Shown here: piece after piece, positions 1 to 12,649 of the stretch
Layout: each line of letters opens with the position of its first letter
Numbering within the stretch: the first letter of the stretch is position 1
Origin: Camelus dromedarius
Lineage: Eukaryota
Reading direction: 5' to 3'
Assembly: GCF_036321535.1 (NCBI RefSeq)
Contig: NC_087436.1
Span: 81,842,001-81,906,000 of the forward strand
Length of the DNA stretch: 64,000 bases
Position numbers and translations under genes: made by a program
The notes under the pieces: generated by a model
What the model was told of the DNA's origin: nothing
What the model saw: only the letters and a program-made list of their open reading frames with translations
Database searches by the model: none

Positions 1-3000
1 TACGCAGGTGAAAGAATACTGAAGCAAAGCCTTTTGGGAGAAGCTTTTAATTTTGTATGTGTGTGTGTGTGTGTATACATATATATATGGAACAGCCAAG
101 GCTGGCCCCACACATTTCCATCCTTCCTCTGGCCTTGAAAGAGGACCAGGTATCTGGAGTTACAGCATCACCTTGTGATTGTAAGAGGAAAGCAAACAGA
201 ACTGCAGTGACCCAGCCTGGACACACAAGCAGCTGCCTACCACCTCATTTCTTGCGAGAAAAAGAACCCTTTTTGTTTAAGCCACTTCTGAGCAGATACT
301 CTGTTACTTGGAGCCGATAGCCTTTCTGATGCACTGCCCTCAAAGAGTTCATATTCTACTGAGAAAAAAATGGTCAGATTCCCCAAACTGTGGCTGTAGC
401 TGTGCTTTAACTATAAGACAGCTCTTATCTTAAAGAGAATGATACTGATCCTCACTGCATCCTCCTGCAATATTCTGATTATCAGAGTCTGGCTGTTTGC
501 TGAAAGGGAGGGCTGGTGATTCCTCAAAGTGTCTATTTGAATGAGTTTATGCACAGAAGTGTTTTTACTTTTCGTTGAAGGAAAAGAGCAGTGTGTGTGA
601 GTCTGTGTTTGTGTAGGGTGATGACTGTACAGGGAAAGCACAGCATGGGGATTACCTCCCTTCACCTCCATCCTCAAAGAACAATTAATTGCATCAGAGA
701 CATTGTGATATAGTGAACACAAGCAGTGCTGCTGCAAGAACCAGGTGACAGTGGTGGCCTGGTTCCTGCCGTTGAGCCCAGCCCCGCTGTTACTCATTGG
801 TGGGCAGCTTCGGGAGCACTGAGACAATCCTCTTGACACCAGCACTGATTCTCTTATGGAGGGTCTCAGCAGCAGTGGAAGTGGCAAGCTCCCTGCTGCA
901 AGCGATGTTCAGGCTTTAGACTTTCAGGAGAAGGTTTGAGCACAAGAACAAAGACAAACGTTACAGAGCACTATGAACTATCTCTTGGGGAATCCTGGAA
1001 ATATGAGAAGTAGGTAAGATGTTTTCAGGAGTCTACAGGCTCTGTGGTAGCAGAAGGGGCTAAATTTGTATTATTAATGTGACTAGAATCCAGTCCATAG
1101 CTCAAGATGGTGAGAGTTTTAAAGAGAGTCATCTTTGGCTAATTTGTTTTTAACTAACAGATACTTTAACTCTTCATCTAATTCAGACTGCCATTGGTGG
1201 TACCGAGAAGACTTTTCCATTAAAAGAACTGGATGAGGGAAAGGAGGATCATTAAAACTACAATGAAGCATTCTCTTCAAAATGGAGTAATTGGAGTATA
1301 TTCTCTGATCAAAGGCAACAGAGATCATTTTTCTTTGAGTTCACACTAACGGTATAGTTTAGTAACTGTTCTGAGGGAGTAGAAAAGTCTCTTTTCCCCT
1401 CTATACCCCAAAAGTATATATGCAATGTTAATATCTCTTCTATTTACCCTTCCCCCTTTTCTTTCTCCCTCCCTGAGTAGAGTAATAAGAATAAAGATAT
1501 CAACCAAAAATCAACAGAGATTAATATTTTCTGAACACTTATTGTGTATAAGATATTGTGCTAAGCACTTTATGGGGATTTTTCAAAATAAAATAGAAGC
1601 ACCATAAATGATCTCCACTTAGTCAAACATTAGATTTACTAGTATTCTCCATTTCCTCTATAAAACAGTGTTTTACTAATAAGTGTTTACTAATGGGCTA
1701 TGTCATGGCATATACCTGCATAGTCATCCTTCCCCCAGCTGAGTTGTAACTACTAAGACCCATTCATTCATTCCTTTAATAGTGTTTGAGTGCCTACTAT
1801 GTGACAGGCACTGCTCCAGGCCACAGCACTGAATACCAGAGACAAAAATCCTGCCTTTATGAAGCTTACATCAAAATCAACTGTTTTAGTTTCCCAAACT
1901 TATAATGTGTGTTATTCTTGCTAATGTAATTAGGTAATTTAATTTTTATATACTTTATTAAGAGTAAGTGTAAAAGATATTTTCCCCATTGAAAATGAAG
2001 TTGAAATTTTAAAATGGTTAAAATGATAAATTTTGTATCATGTATAGTTTACCACTGTTTTTCAAAAATGAAGTTGAATGCTATGAAAGGATAAATTACT
2101 GCCACAAATTACAGAAACAAGAAAATTGGAATGTATTATACAAATAAAGAAGTACTCTAAATTTATACTATTTACAAGTGTCCTCAAGTTCTACATTTCC
2201 TTTAACAAGAAATAGAACATGAAATTGTAGATTTTACATTTAGGAACGGCTTATGTAAACAAGACAACCTGGAACTCTAAACAGCAGATTCATGGTCAAA
2301 AAGACCTTAGCCCAGCATCGAAAGATTGGCTAATGAATGTATAATGATAGGTTTTTAGTAAAAATAAAATGTCTAAATTACATGTGTATTTTTTTTTTCT
2401 TACAGTTCCCTACTATTAACTTTTTAGATGAACTAAAGGACTCTCTGAGACAAATTTCTTCTCTTTACGTACTTGTGAAATGTGGCAGGTTCAACACTTC
2501 TCCCAATTATATGATATCGTAAGTATGGATTTGGCCCTAAACTGATAACTAGTTTCCATAAATAACACCATTTTCCTCCTAAATTTTCTACTAGATATTA
2601 CAGGGGAGAATGCAAAAACCAAGGCAATCAGCTTTTAAGAAATGTTTTACAAACTGATGCTCTGTTTTATTAAACATTCCAATTCTGCCCAACAAAGCCT
2701 TTAATGATCAACTTTCTTGCATAGCAGTTCACTCCCAGCAGACAGTGTGAAATCACCCTTTTTAAAACAGAACATAAACTAGAAAGCTTAACTTCTGATT
2801 TGGTTTCCGTTTCTGGGAACACACAAAAAAATCAAGATTAAGTCATGAACCCTAAGGCAAGTTCCTATAGGTCAGATTTAGATGACCGCATAGTCACATT
2901 AAATTACTTTGTGTATGTTCAAACACAGCTAAGTTTCAAAGAGCACAAGGGTTATGCTTATTTGCCACACTCCCTTTCAACCGAAGTGAACAGGCGGTTA

Positions 3001-5199
3001 CATAACTTGCCACGACAAGTAGTAGAAATGAGTCAGAGACAGGACCAGCCCTAGCAAAAATTGTGAATTAGGCAGTTTGACTTCTGTGCCACACCCCTTT
3101 AGTATTACCTATACTCCTCTGGTCCCCTCCCCTGGTATCATGAGCCCTGATGGTCACCCTCATACCACAGACCTCTTTCCCACCAAATTTCCTCTTTCTT
3201 GCTTTCTCTTCCACTCACACCGAAACTAGCTTTCCCTCCTCCCTGCCTCCCCTTCATTAATTAAAATTTACCTCTCCAGTATCTCTCACCCCCAGGGTTT
3301 AAAGTGACAACCACCTAATGTGATAAATCAATCACACTAATGTGCAGAGAGAGAAAGCTGGAAGGTAAAGCGACTTTTAACTTCAACCTTCTAAAGTTAA
3401 CACCTTGCTGTTTAACTCTTCAGTGACTAAAAGTGAGAACTACCAGTGTAGCTACTCAGGTGAGAGAAATATTTTTTGGTTCAGGTAGAGCCACTAAGCA
3501 CCTGGCAAATCAAGCAGGAGTAGGTGAATGCTTTTAGTCTGACACAGTGCCAGCCCTAATCAGAGTAACTAATAAGGCCTGGCCAGTTTGGAGCCAGTAG
3601 GGGAAAATTGGAAAAGAGCTAAGAATCTGGTTGGCAAAGAAAAGTAGAAGTTACAGGAGCACCAAAATCAAATTTTTCTGACTTTTAACCTTTCATAGGA
3701 CTAGTTAGCCCTGGCACCTAATAAATTTTTTCTAAAGTTTCCCTTCAGAATAAAAGAGATTATTTAAAATTTCTTTCTCATTAATTCTAAGACACTTATT
3801 CAAAAAATCGGTACAGCTTTTGTTGTTGCTGTTGTCATCTGATTTTTTAAAAATAGTGCTTTAAAGTTTACAAGTAGTTTTCATACACATATTTCATTCA
3901 ATCCTGTTGAATACTGAAGGAATATTACAGGCTATTATGTGTTAAAAATATCAGCTGTTCTCATTTCCTTCACTTTATAAAGGAAGAAAATGATGCTCAA
4001 AGAAATTAGGTGACTTGCCAATATTCGTACTTAGGTCCCCTGAGTGCAAACGCTGTGCTCTTTCATCATACTGAGCTAGCAGGCTGCCTCCCAATGTTCA
4101 GACTTACCTCTGCCATTGCTGTCATGTAACTCTACCTTCTATGGGAATTCTCACATTTTAGAGAGAGTTCAGCTACTACCAAATAACCTGCTTATTCAAC
4201 GGACCCGAGGGTAATTGTAGTCCTATCTGTTTTCCATCGCTGCATTTTTTTCCCTAGCTAATTCTTGGTTCACTTGAAAGTTGGCACTGCCTCACAAAGT
4301 CTTCCTTAAGCACTGTCAGAGTTTGTGCTCCAATTACCTGCTCATGTTTGGGTGGATTACTTATCTTGCTTCTGCTTCTCACCTGGGCAAAGTTCCCATC
4401 ACAGTCCCTACTCCGTAAGCAAGAAAGGAAATGTTTCTGGGCTTAAAGGTGGAAAAAAACACTAACATAGTTGGTACAAAGCAGAATACAAATATTTCAC
4501 ATTGAGATGAACATAAGAAGCCAGCTGGGAAAACACTGCTATTTACAGATTTAGATTAGCCTAGAATTCATTGCAACCTTTGAGGTGAAAGGCAGTATTT
4601 TAAAATCACTGGCACTTAAAGCACACAATCTCAATATCTTGGAGCAATATAAACCCCTTTCTGAATTTGTTGAAATGTATAGGTGCTTTCCCTAGACGCA
4701 CAAAACATACATACTTGGAATACAGTCTCAAGGAAACCATTATGGGGTGATGCATGGGTCCCACATAAAACGTTCCTCATAGTGCGAAACCAGGACAGTC
4801 CCCAGGTGATGAACATTCTAAGCCTCATGGGCCATGTGGGAGCCCAATTAAATTTGTGTTATGGCCTACTATCTAATTTCTTTATTGTTAGTGATAATCT
4901 ATGTTGATCGTTTTGTTTTTTTTTTTTAACAGAAGTTGGCAAAAGAGAAATAATTTTTTATTTACTCTTTAAGAGAAAAACCAGGTATGCCAGTTTCTGA
5001 ATTAGCATTGTCCAACAGTTGTCTCTCAGCAACTGTCATACATACAATAGAGTATTACTATAATAGACTCTATGCCGTACACCTCATCCCCATGACTTAT
5101 TTATTTTATAGCTGGAAGTTTGTCTTTTTTAACATCTTTGACCTTTTACACAAAAGTAATGTGCTTGTTGTAAAGATTTTAAGTAAAAACATTTCAGAA

Positions 5200-6500
5200 A
5201 TGCAATATTTCTAACCCTCAGTGAAACGATTGTTAACAGTATAAATATCATATATATAGATACATGTACTTTTGAAAAGAAATTAGATCATGCTGTATGG
5301 TAACTTGATTTTGTCACTAGGTAATATATGTGGGTGACCAGAGTTAATTTAATCATTCCACCATTAGGGACATTTATTTTGTTTTTAAGTTTATGACTAC
5401 TAATAGCAAAGAATATTCTTGATCATATCTCTGGTCATGTGTGTAAATATTTCTATAGGATAAATTTCCAAAATGGAGTAAATTAAAGAACATAAACATT
5501 ATATATTTATGAAGGACACTGCAACTGCACTCCCAGATGGAATAAGCGAACCTATAATCCTACCAACAGTGAGATCTATTTCACATATTTTCACCAATAC
5601 CAGATATGTCTTCAAAAATATCTTTCCAACTTGATAGTTATAAACATCTCATTTTTGTTTTAATTTTTCTTTATACAGTTGTTTTATTTTCAATTATTCA
5701 TTGCTTTTCTAAATTTCATACTCATTGTTATTTTTATTACTCTTCAGAAGCTTTATATTTTATGTAGTAAAATTTAAAAATTCTTTAAAGGTTTTATGAC
5801 AACTGGGTAACTCTGGCTACACTAGAATAAATTCCACATGGATTAGAGAATAAAATGTGAAAGCCATAAAAGTTCTAGAAGGAAATATGAGAGAATACTT
5901 TTGGTAACAGAAAATAAAATGGTTTATAGGCATACAAAAAGACGCTCATAAGAGAATGGAAATTAAACCTGTAATGTGATAGCATTTTGTACCTATTAGA
6001 TTGGCAAAGGTCAAAAAAGTCTGATAATGCTGTGCTGGGAGGGTGTGGAGAAACAGAGCGCTATCAAACTTTCCATATGTGCTGGGATGACTGTAACTTG
6101 TACCACTTTTCAGCTTTGTCTACCAAAAAGTAAAATGTGCCTACACTTTAATCAAGCACTTATACTTATAAAAGCTAAACCTGCAGTTCTACTCCACATG
6201 TAAAACAGGACCAAGTACAAAGAAAACTATTTCAACTTGTGAAAAATAGCCAAAGTGTGGGAATAACCTATGTGCCCATTAAAAAGAGAGGAGTTGAATA
6301 AATTATAATACACCGAAGCAACAGAATATTATGCAGCCATAGAAAAGAAGGCTCATTTACAGGATCTGATAATAGAGATCAAACAGATATTATAAAGTGA
6401 AAAAAAATCAAGGTATTAGATCAGTATATGAGCTAATTTTTCTTTGAAAAACTGTATGTATGCGTATATGCGTGTGTCTGAAAAGGTAAACAAGAAATGG
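5200..6500. mobile_element. Old LINE-1 (L1ME-like) 3' fragments in both orientations
   Basis: 5200-5760 antisense (atttctataggataaatttccaaaatgga); 5800-6500 sense (cctattagattggcaaagg, gaatattatgcagccat). Confidence 0.6.
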
Positions 6501-6646
6501 CTAGGTTTTTCAACACCATTTATTTTTTATTTCTTTTTTTCAATGCCTTGTTTTAATTACTAAGTCACAGTAATAATTCAGAGCAAGTAAAATGCCTGCT
6601 CATGAGAATTTCATGATTTTAAGTGATATACTAGTATTAGCAGGAA

Positions 6647-7332
6647 TTTTTTAATTATTTATTATTTTTAAAAATTGAAGTGTAGTTGATTTACAATAGT
6701 GTTAGTTTCAGATACACAGCACAGTGATTTGGTATTTTTGCAGATTATATTCCATTATAGGTTATTACAAGATAATGGGTATAATCCCCTGTGCTATACA
6801 GTATATCTTTGTTGCTTATCTATTTTATATATTATAGTTTGTATTTGTTAATCCTATACCCCTAATTTGTCCCTCTGCCCTTTCCCTCTCTCCTTTGGTA
6901 ACCATAAGTTTGTTTTCTGTATCTGTGAGTCTGTTTCTATTTTGCATATACATTCATTTGTACTACTTTTTAGATTCCAAATATAAGTGATATCATACAG
7001 TATATGTCTTTCTCTGGCTTATTTCACTAAGCATAATATTCTCTCAGTCCAGCCATGTTGTTGCAAATGGCAGTATTTCATTCTTTCTTATGGTTGACTT
7101 ATATTCTACTATATAAATGTCTATAGATCACATCTTCTTAACCCAATCATCTGTTGATGGCACTTGGGTTGCTTCTGTCTTGACTATTGTAAATAGTGCT
7201 GCTATGAAGAACATTGGGGAATGTGTACCTTTTTGATCAGTGTTTTTGTTTTTTCTGAATATATACTCAGGAGTGGAATTGCTAGGTCATATGGTAATTC
7301 TGTTTTTAATTTTTTAAGGAGCTTCCATACTT
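6647..7332 (-). mobile_element. 5'-truncated LINE-1 3' end (L1MA-like)
   Basis: Typical antisense L1 3' UTR and ORF2 end (attgaagtgtagttgatttacaat ... gagtggaattgctaggtcatatggtaattct). Confidence 0.9.
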
Positions 7333-8400
7333 AACACCATATATTTAATGATGCGCATTCGTCTTTTACCATGTAACTATACCTACTTGATCATAGATCA
7401 TACCTACTCTGATATCAAATCTGCTGTTAATCATTGTGATTTATAATTTATTTTAATATCGTTTAGTGTAATTCCTCATTTATTCTCATTTTGGAATCTT
7501 TTCGGTTATTTCTGAATGGTCGATCTTTCAAATGAAATTTTAAATTATTTTTTTAAATTCCCAAAAGTATTCTGTTAGACATTTGTTAGAATTGTACCAG
7601 ATATATAGATTACTTTTTAAAAATATTATAATTTTATAGTGTTTCAATTTTCGTATTTAACCTAAAAGTATATCGCTTCTTTGTTCAAACATTTTTGTTT
7701 CTTAAGTTTAAGATTTTTGAAGTTTTATTAATTTCTCTTAGTATGCATTTTTACCTAATTAATTTTTGTGATTATTGTAAATAGGACTTGTTTATATTTT
7801 ATTTTCTAACTGGTTATGGTTTATACATGGGAAAGCTCTTGATTTTATAACTGGTTACCCTAAGTCATCATTTATTGCTTCTAAAAGTTTTTCAGTTGAT
7901 CCTTGGAGTTTTTGTATAATTTGCAAACAAATGACAATCCTGATATTTTCAATATTTATTTCTTTTCCACATCTAATTTAATTGGCTATCATTTCCTTAT
8001 ATGGTATGATGGTGGGCATTCTTGGCTTTGTTCCTGACTTCAGTGGGAATAATTACACTGTTTCATTATACATAAAGTTTCTGGCTTTGGTATAAAATAT
8101 ATTCTTTAAAAATTTGTATTAAGGAATGATACTGGAATTTACAAACTCCTTTTCAGTATGGAGACACTCATACAGCTTTGACTTATTAATATAGTCAACT
8201 ATATGAATACATTTTTTATTGTTGAGTCATTCTTATATAGCTGGCATAATTCCTCTTAACTTTGGCATATCACTCAAAATGTAGTTCTAGATTCTATTTG
8301 GTAATGTTGTGTTTTAATTTTATATTATATCCAAAATGAGATCACCTGTAGATTTTTCTTTTGTGTACTCTTTATCAGGTTTTGGTATCACAGCCATTTA
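7333..8400 (-). mobile_element. Old, degenerate LINE-1 (L1ME-like) ORF2 fragments
   Basis: Motifs such as gggcattcttggctttgttcctgacttcagtgggaa and tttatcaggttttggtatca; T-rich composition. Confidence 0.65.
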
Positions 8401-9826
8401 TTTTAAAACCAGCCTTTCAGCTCATACAAAACAGAAGGATTACTGGTGAAAAAGCCTTGAGGGCAACCACCTGAAATGGTCTTAATACAAAAAAAAAAAA
8501 GAAAGAAAAAAACTCACAACACTGTGATTTGTCGACTTCTGTGAAAATTTCCAACACCACACTCTTTATATCTTCTCTTTGACATGAATTCACAAGTTAC
8601 GCCAAGTATTATGGATATTACTTTTCTTTCTAATAAATACATGACCTTTTCTTCAGTGGCAAACGGAGGCAGATACTCCAGGAAGGTTTTTATTGTCACA
8701 AAACTACCTCTCCCTATCTTACCACCCTGAGGCTTAAACCAGAATATTTAAAAACTCCTATTTCAGAAAATGGGGAAAGGGCTCCAATTCTTCACTTTTG
8801 TTTCTAGTTCAGCTGGGCTGGTACTTTCACCACTCTACTCCTTCTGCTGCAGTTCGGTTTTATGTTTCCTTCAAACGTCTTTCCTCATTTTTGCTTCATT
8901 CATCCTACTCCTTTACCCTTCAAAGCACAATTTAAATTCCTCTCCTCCTTAATCTGACTAATCCAGCCCATTCTACATACCACAGACTTTCTCTCATTGA
9001 CTACTGTACTTAATGTTTGGCTGCACAGTCTAGCTATAATCTTAAACTGTTTCAGGAATGCTAGTTTTCCTTCTTAGGCTCTGTGGTTATCTCCTTGAGG
9101 GCAGGGCCCTTAATCTTAAATTCGGCTATGCATTTTGTGTTGTATTTAGCATTGTGAGTAATCACATTCACTGCACATTTGCAAGGCATATTTCACTGAA
9201 CAGTTATTCATTTAGTAAATGAGATAATGAAAACTCAAGGGCTGCCAAAGGTAAATCATTACTATTAATTCCCTCATTCATCATGCGTGTACAGCAGCCT
9301 CAGGGGCTAGGGAACCCAGGATTGCAGCTTTAACTTTGCTTCAGATCTCTCCATTTTGGAACCAGCCATAAAGTTTAGATTCACCTAGGGTCCAAGACTA
9401 ATTAACCCCCAAGTCTCCTTTATACCAGGTTTACCTTATACTCCTGAGAATAAACCCAAACTTCTGAAACTCAAATGACAAGATAGCATTCGCTCATGAA
9501 TTCAGTAAGATTTCTTGTGAATTGTTGAAGCCCAAATCTTTCAGCTTGCAGGAGGGTAATAGCTGCTAGAACATACATTTGCCAAGTTGTAATGTGTAGG
9601 CCTATATAGAAAAACGGATGTTCTTTATTCTATTCGACTATGTTAAACCTTTTACTTAAATTTTTCAACTTTAGGATTACCTTAGTCTCAGAAGGAAAAT
9701 AACAAGAATTTACATACTTTTTTCTTCAAAAATATGGCACTGAGAGTTTTCCTGAGGGCACTTAGGGTTGACCAAGTACTGCCACCACACCTTTGAAGAT
9801 CACTTTACAGCTGTGGGAAAACTCAC

Positions 9827-10200
9827 CGAGCTGTTTCCGTTGACCCCGCCATTTCCAAGTTGCTATATTGCTGTGGGGAGGTTGCTCTGCCCTGCTCTTT
9901 CTCATTCTTCTCCTCACCCTTTCAAAGCCGAAATCCGCCCGGTGTGAATATGGAAACAAGGCTGGAGGCAAGGAAGGGCGCGGGGGGAGGGGCTATTTAG
10001 ACTGACAAGGGAAGAGCTAGCAGTTAGGCATTTTTCACTCTTCCTCACACTCCCCAGGGCCAGAACGTTCTGTCTCCGAAGTTGGAAGTGTGGGGGCGGT
10101 CGGCTGCATTTTCAACTTGGCCTAAAATTACGAGTCCAAGCCACAGGGGCTAGGAACTTTGCTGCCGGGCCATCAACTTGAGCGTCTGGCAAACTAGAAG
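9827..10200 (-). other. MAPK10: Candidate non-coding first exon of the divergent transcript (MAPK10/JNK3 distal 5' exon); start uncertain
   Basis: Minus-strand donor TCG|GTGAGT (plus-strand actcac 9821-9826) just left of the CpG island. The head-to-head PTPN13/MAPK10 arrangement is known in human. No MAPK10 coding sequence is visible in the window. Confidence 0.4.
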
Positions 10201-10910
10201 AACGCGAAAAGCCAGGCCCAAGGCACTGGTTGTCATGGGAACCCGAGCGCCGGTCTCCCCGGCGACCACGTCCCTAGGGAGGGGGCGGGGCTAGAGGGCC
10301 GTCGGGCCAATGAGGCGGAGGGGCCAGAGGGGTCGGTGATTCACAGTCCTCCTGGAGTCCGGACAGGATTGATTGACGGGACCGGGGGCGGGGCCGGCGC
10401 GGCCGCCCTAGGTGGAGCCGGAGTGGTACGAGTATCTCCCGCGGCCGCGGCGCGGCGAGGGTGACACACCATGATTCCGGCCCCTAGAGACCGTCGTGCA
10501 GGCGAGCAGCACTCCCAGGCTCCGCGGTCCGCCTCGGCAGCCCTCGGAGCCGGCTGCAGGAGTTGAGCCACCCCGCGCCAGAGGGTTTTGGCGAAGCCCT
10601 TGGAGAAGCGCAGAGCAGCAGAGAGCGGAGAGGGTGCGCTAGCGCTCGGGGGTTAGGCGGTCGGCCGGGGTCGCCGCTGGAGGGGCGTTTCCGAGGCGTG
10701 GAGGAGGAGGAGATGCTGCTCCTCTTCTCCCCCTCCCCAGGCTCCTTCTCCAGATTCTTCGGCCCACTCCCGCAGCCGTTTGGGGAAGAAGAGGTGGTGG
10801 CTCTCGGCGCCCGCGGCTGCTGCCGGCGGCCCGCCCCGACGCCGCGTCCCCGCAGCCCTCGCCCCGCGCTTCTGTAGCAGGACCGGGTCTCCGGGCGATC
10901 AGGTAAGGAC
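10070..10910. promoter_or_regulatory. CpG island / TATA-less promoter of PTPN13, probably bidirectional with MAPK10
   Basis: Abrupt GC- and CpG-rich stretch in an otherwise AT-rich, CpG-depleted window. GC boxes GGGGCGGGGC at 10282-10291 and 10385-10394; CCAAT at 10307-10311. The island ends at a consensus splice donor. Boundaries are approximate. Confidence 0.9.
10430..10902 (+). other. PTPN13: PTPN13 exon 1 (non-coding 5' UTR); 5' end approximate
   Basis: Donor CAG|GTAAGG at 10902/10903 at the 3' edge of the CpG island. The next recognisable PTPN13 exon (55795) starts with an acceptor 5 nt before the ATG, so an upstream non-coding exon is required. The TSS cannot be fixed from sequence. 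Confidence 0.8.
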
Positions 10911-11474
10911 TAGAGCTGTCCTGGGCTCTGGACTGCTTGTGCAGAAAGTGCAAACCGAAGTACACCGCACTTGCTCCCTTCCCCATCTCTGCTTTTGCTC
11001 CAGTTCCTAAAATCAACTCCTGTTGCCCTGGTGGAAGGAACTTGTCTTTGGTTTTAGTGTTTTGGTGAATTAGAGTAGGGGTGGGATGACTAGGGTGGGG
11101 AGGAATGAGATGAACTTTTGTTGTGAATTAGGTAGATCCAAGTTCTCCGCGGAGGAAAGCTGGATTCTTGGGAATTAAACTCCAGAGGGGGAGTAAAAGT
11201 TGTGGGGTAATAGGGAGTGACATTGCCCCATCATGCTGCTACAGCTCTGCTCTTTGCGTGCTAAAGGAAAGGCTCCCGGAGTCTGTTTCTAATTTCTGTA
11301 AATGACTGTGGACATGGTGTGGTTAGAGGCCGCCCAGAAGAATTTGTATATGTAAGGGCTCGGGGAAGAGGGGGTGGGGTGGTGGGAAAGAGGGGGCAGA
11401 CGGAGAGACATTGCCTGATGCAAACTCTTTTATTGCTTTTCTCTGCGTGCTCGAGTTAACTGCCACCCTTCCAA

Positions 11475-11577
<103 letters not shown>

Positions 11578-12649
11578 CTTGCCCTTACGTGCGACTGTAG
11601 TACCGAAACTTTGGTAAAGTCAAGAAGTTTTTACGAAGTTTAAATTCCCTCTGTTGTGAATGTATTGGGGAATGGGGAGAAATGTTAGCACTGAAATAGA
11701 TTTACAGCAATACAAGTTTCATTGGCCTTACACATGTATCATCGACACCACACACTTCAACTAATCTCTTCGACAGCCTTGTGTCATTTTCGCTTAATTG
11801 CATCTTTGAAACAACAAACGCGGTGACTTCATAGGGAGCTGCTTAAAGCTGAGTTTACTTCTCAGAAAATGGGGCAATCGGGTTTATTTTCAAGGCGGGG
11901 ACCTAAACAAAATGTAGGACACCTGATCAGTGGGTTGAAGGGAGCAAGTAACTAATTAGAAAGATTTTTAAATTTATGTCTACCGAGTTTGCAAAAGGAT
12001 GGGGAAAAAAAAGAAGTCGCTGTATTATGAAACAAATGTTGGTATTTTCCCAAATTCTTGATGACTGAGTTGGCAGGATCAAAGTGAAAACTTGCTTCAT
12101 TCGCATTGGTTGTGGCTACGGTACAAAGTATTTCTTGTGTTAATATAATTAGGAGCATTATTTATTAAATTCATGCACATATTGATTCAGAAGGTCATAC
12201 AGAGGCGAATTGCTTTATCCAATCTTAAATTTATTATACTTTTTTCTTAATAACATTGTGTTCTAACTTTGATGTTCTAGAGACTTTGTGGGAGTATGTG
12301 TGGGGGAGATGGTAGAATGGAAGCTGGAATTAAAAATAGAAAAAATATCTAGGGGTTATTAAGAAGAGGAACTAATTTGCAGTGTCTTTCACTTCTACAA
12401 TTAGAGTATTATGGCTTTTTCTTTTTCTTTTTTTAACCATTGTGTAGGTTTGTCTTTGAATTTACATTTGTCCCACCAAAACTTTTCCTTGCATATAAAG
12501 TCTACTTATTTTTCAGAGGGTGATTACCAGCATCTAAAAATATTTATAGCTTTTCATGTCACAAGTAAGACATACACAAACCATTAGAACCAGCATTGAT
12601 TTAAAGGACAGATTTTGGTACTATGATAACGGTCAAAAATTGTTGGTTT

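Noticed and set aside
411..887. 158-aa minus-strand ORF
   Set aside because: Non-ATG start, no recognisable domain, includes TG-repeat-derived residues; most likely a chance ORF.
10341..11016. Several overlapping 76-125 aa ORFs in the CpG island
   Set aside because: Stop-codon scarcity in GC-rich DNA explains them; only the ATG-initiated sense uORFs were kept as hypotheses.
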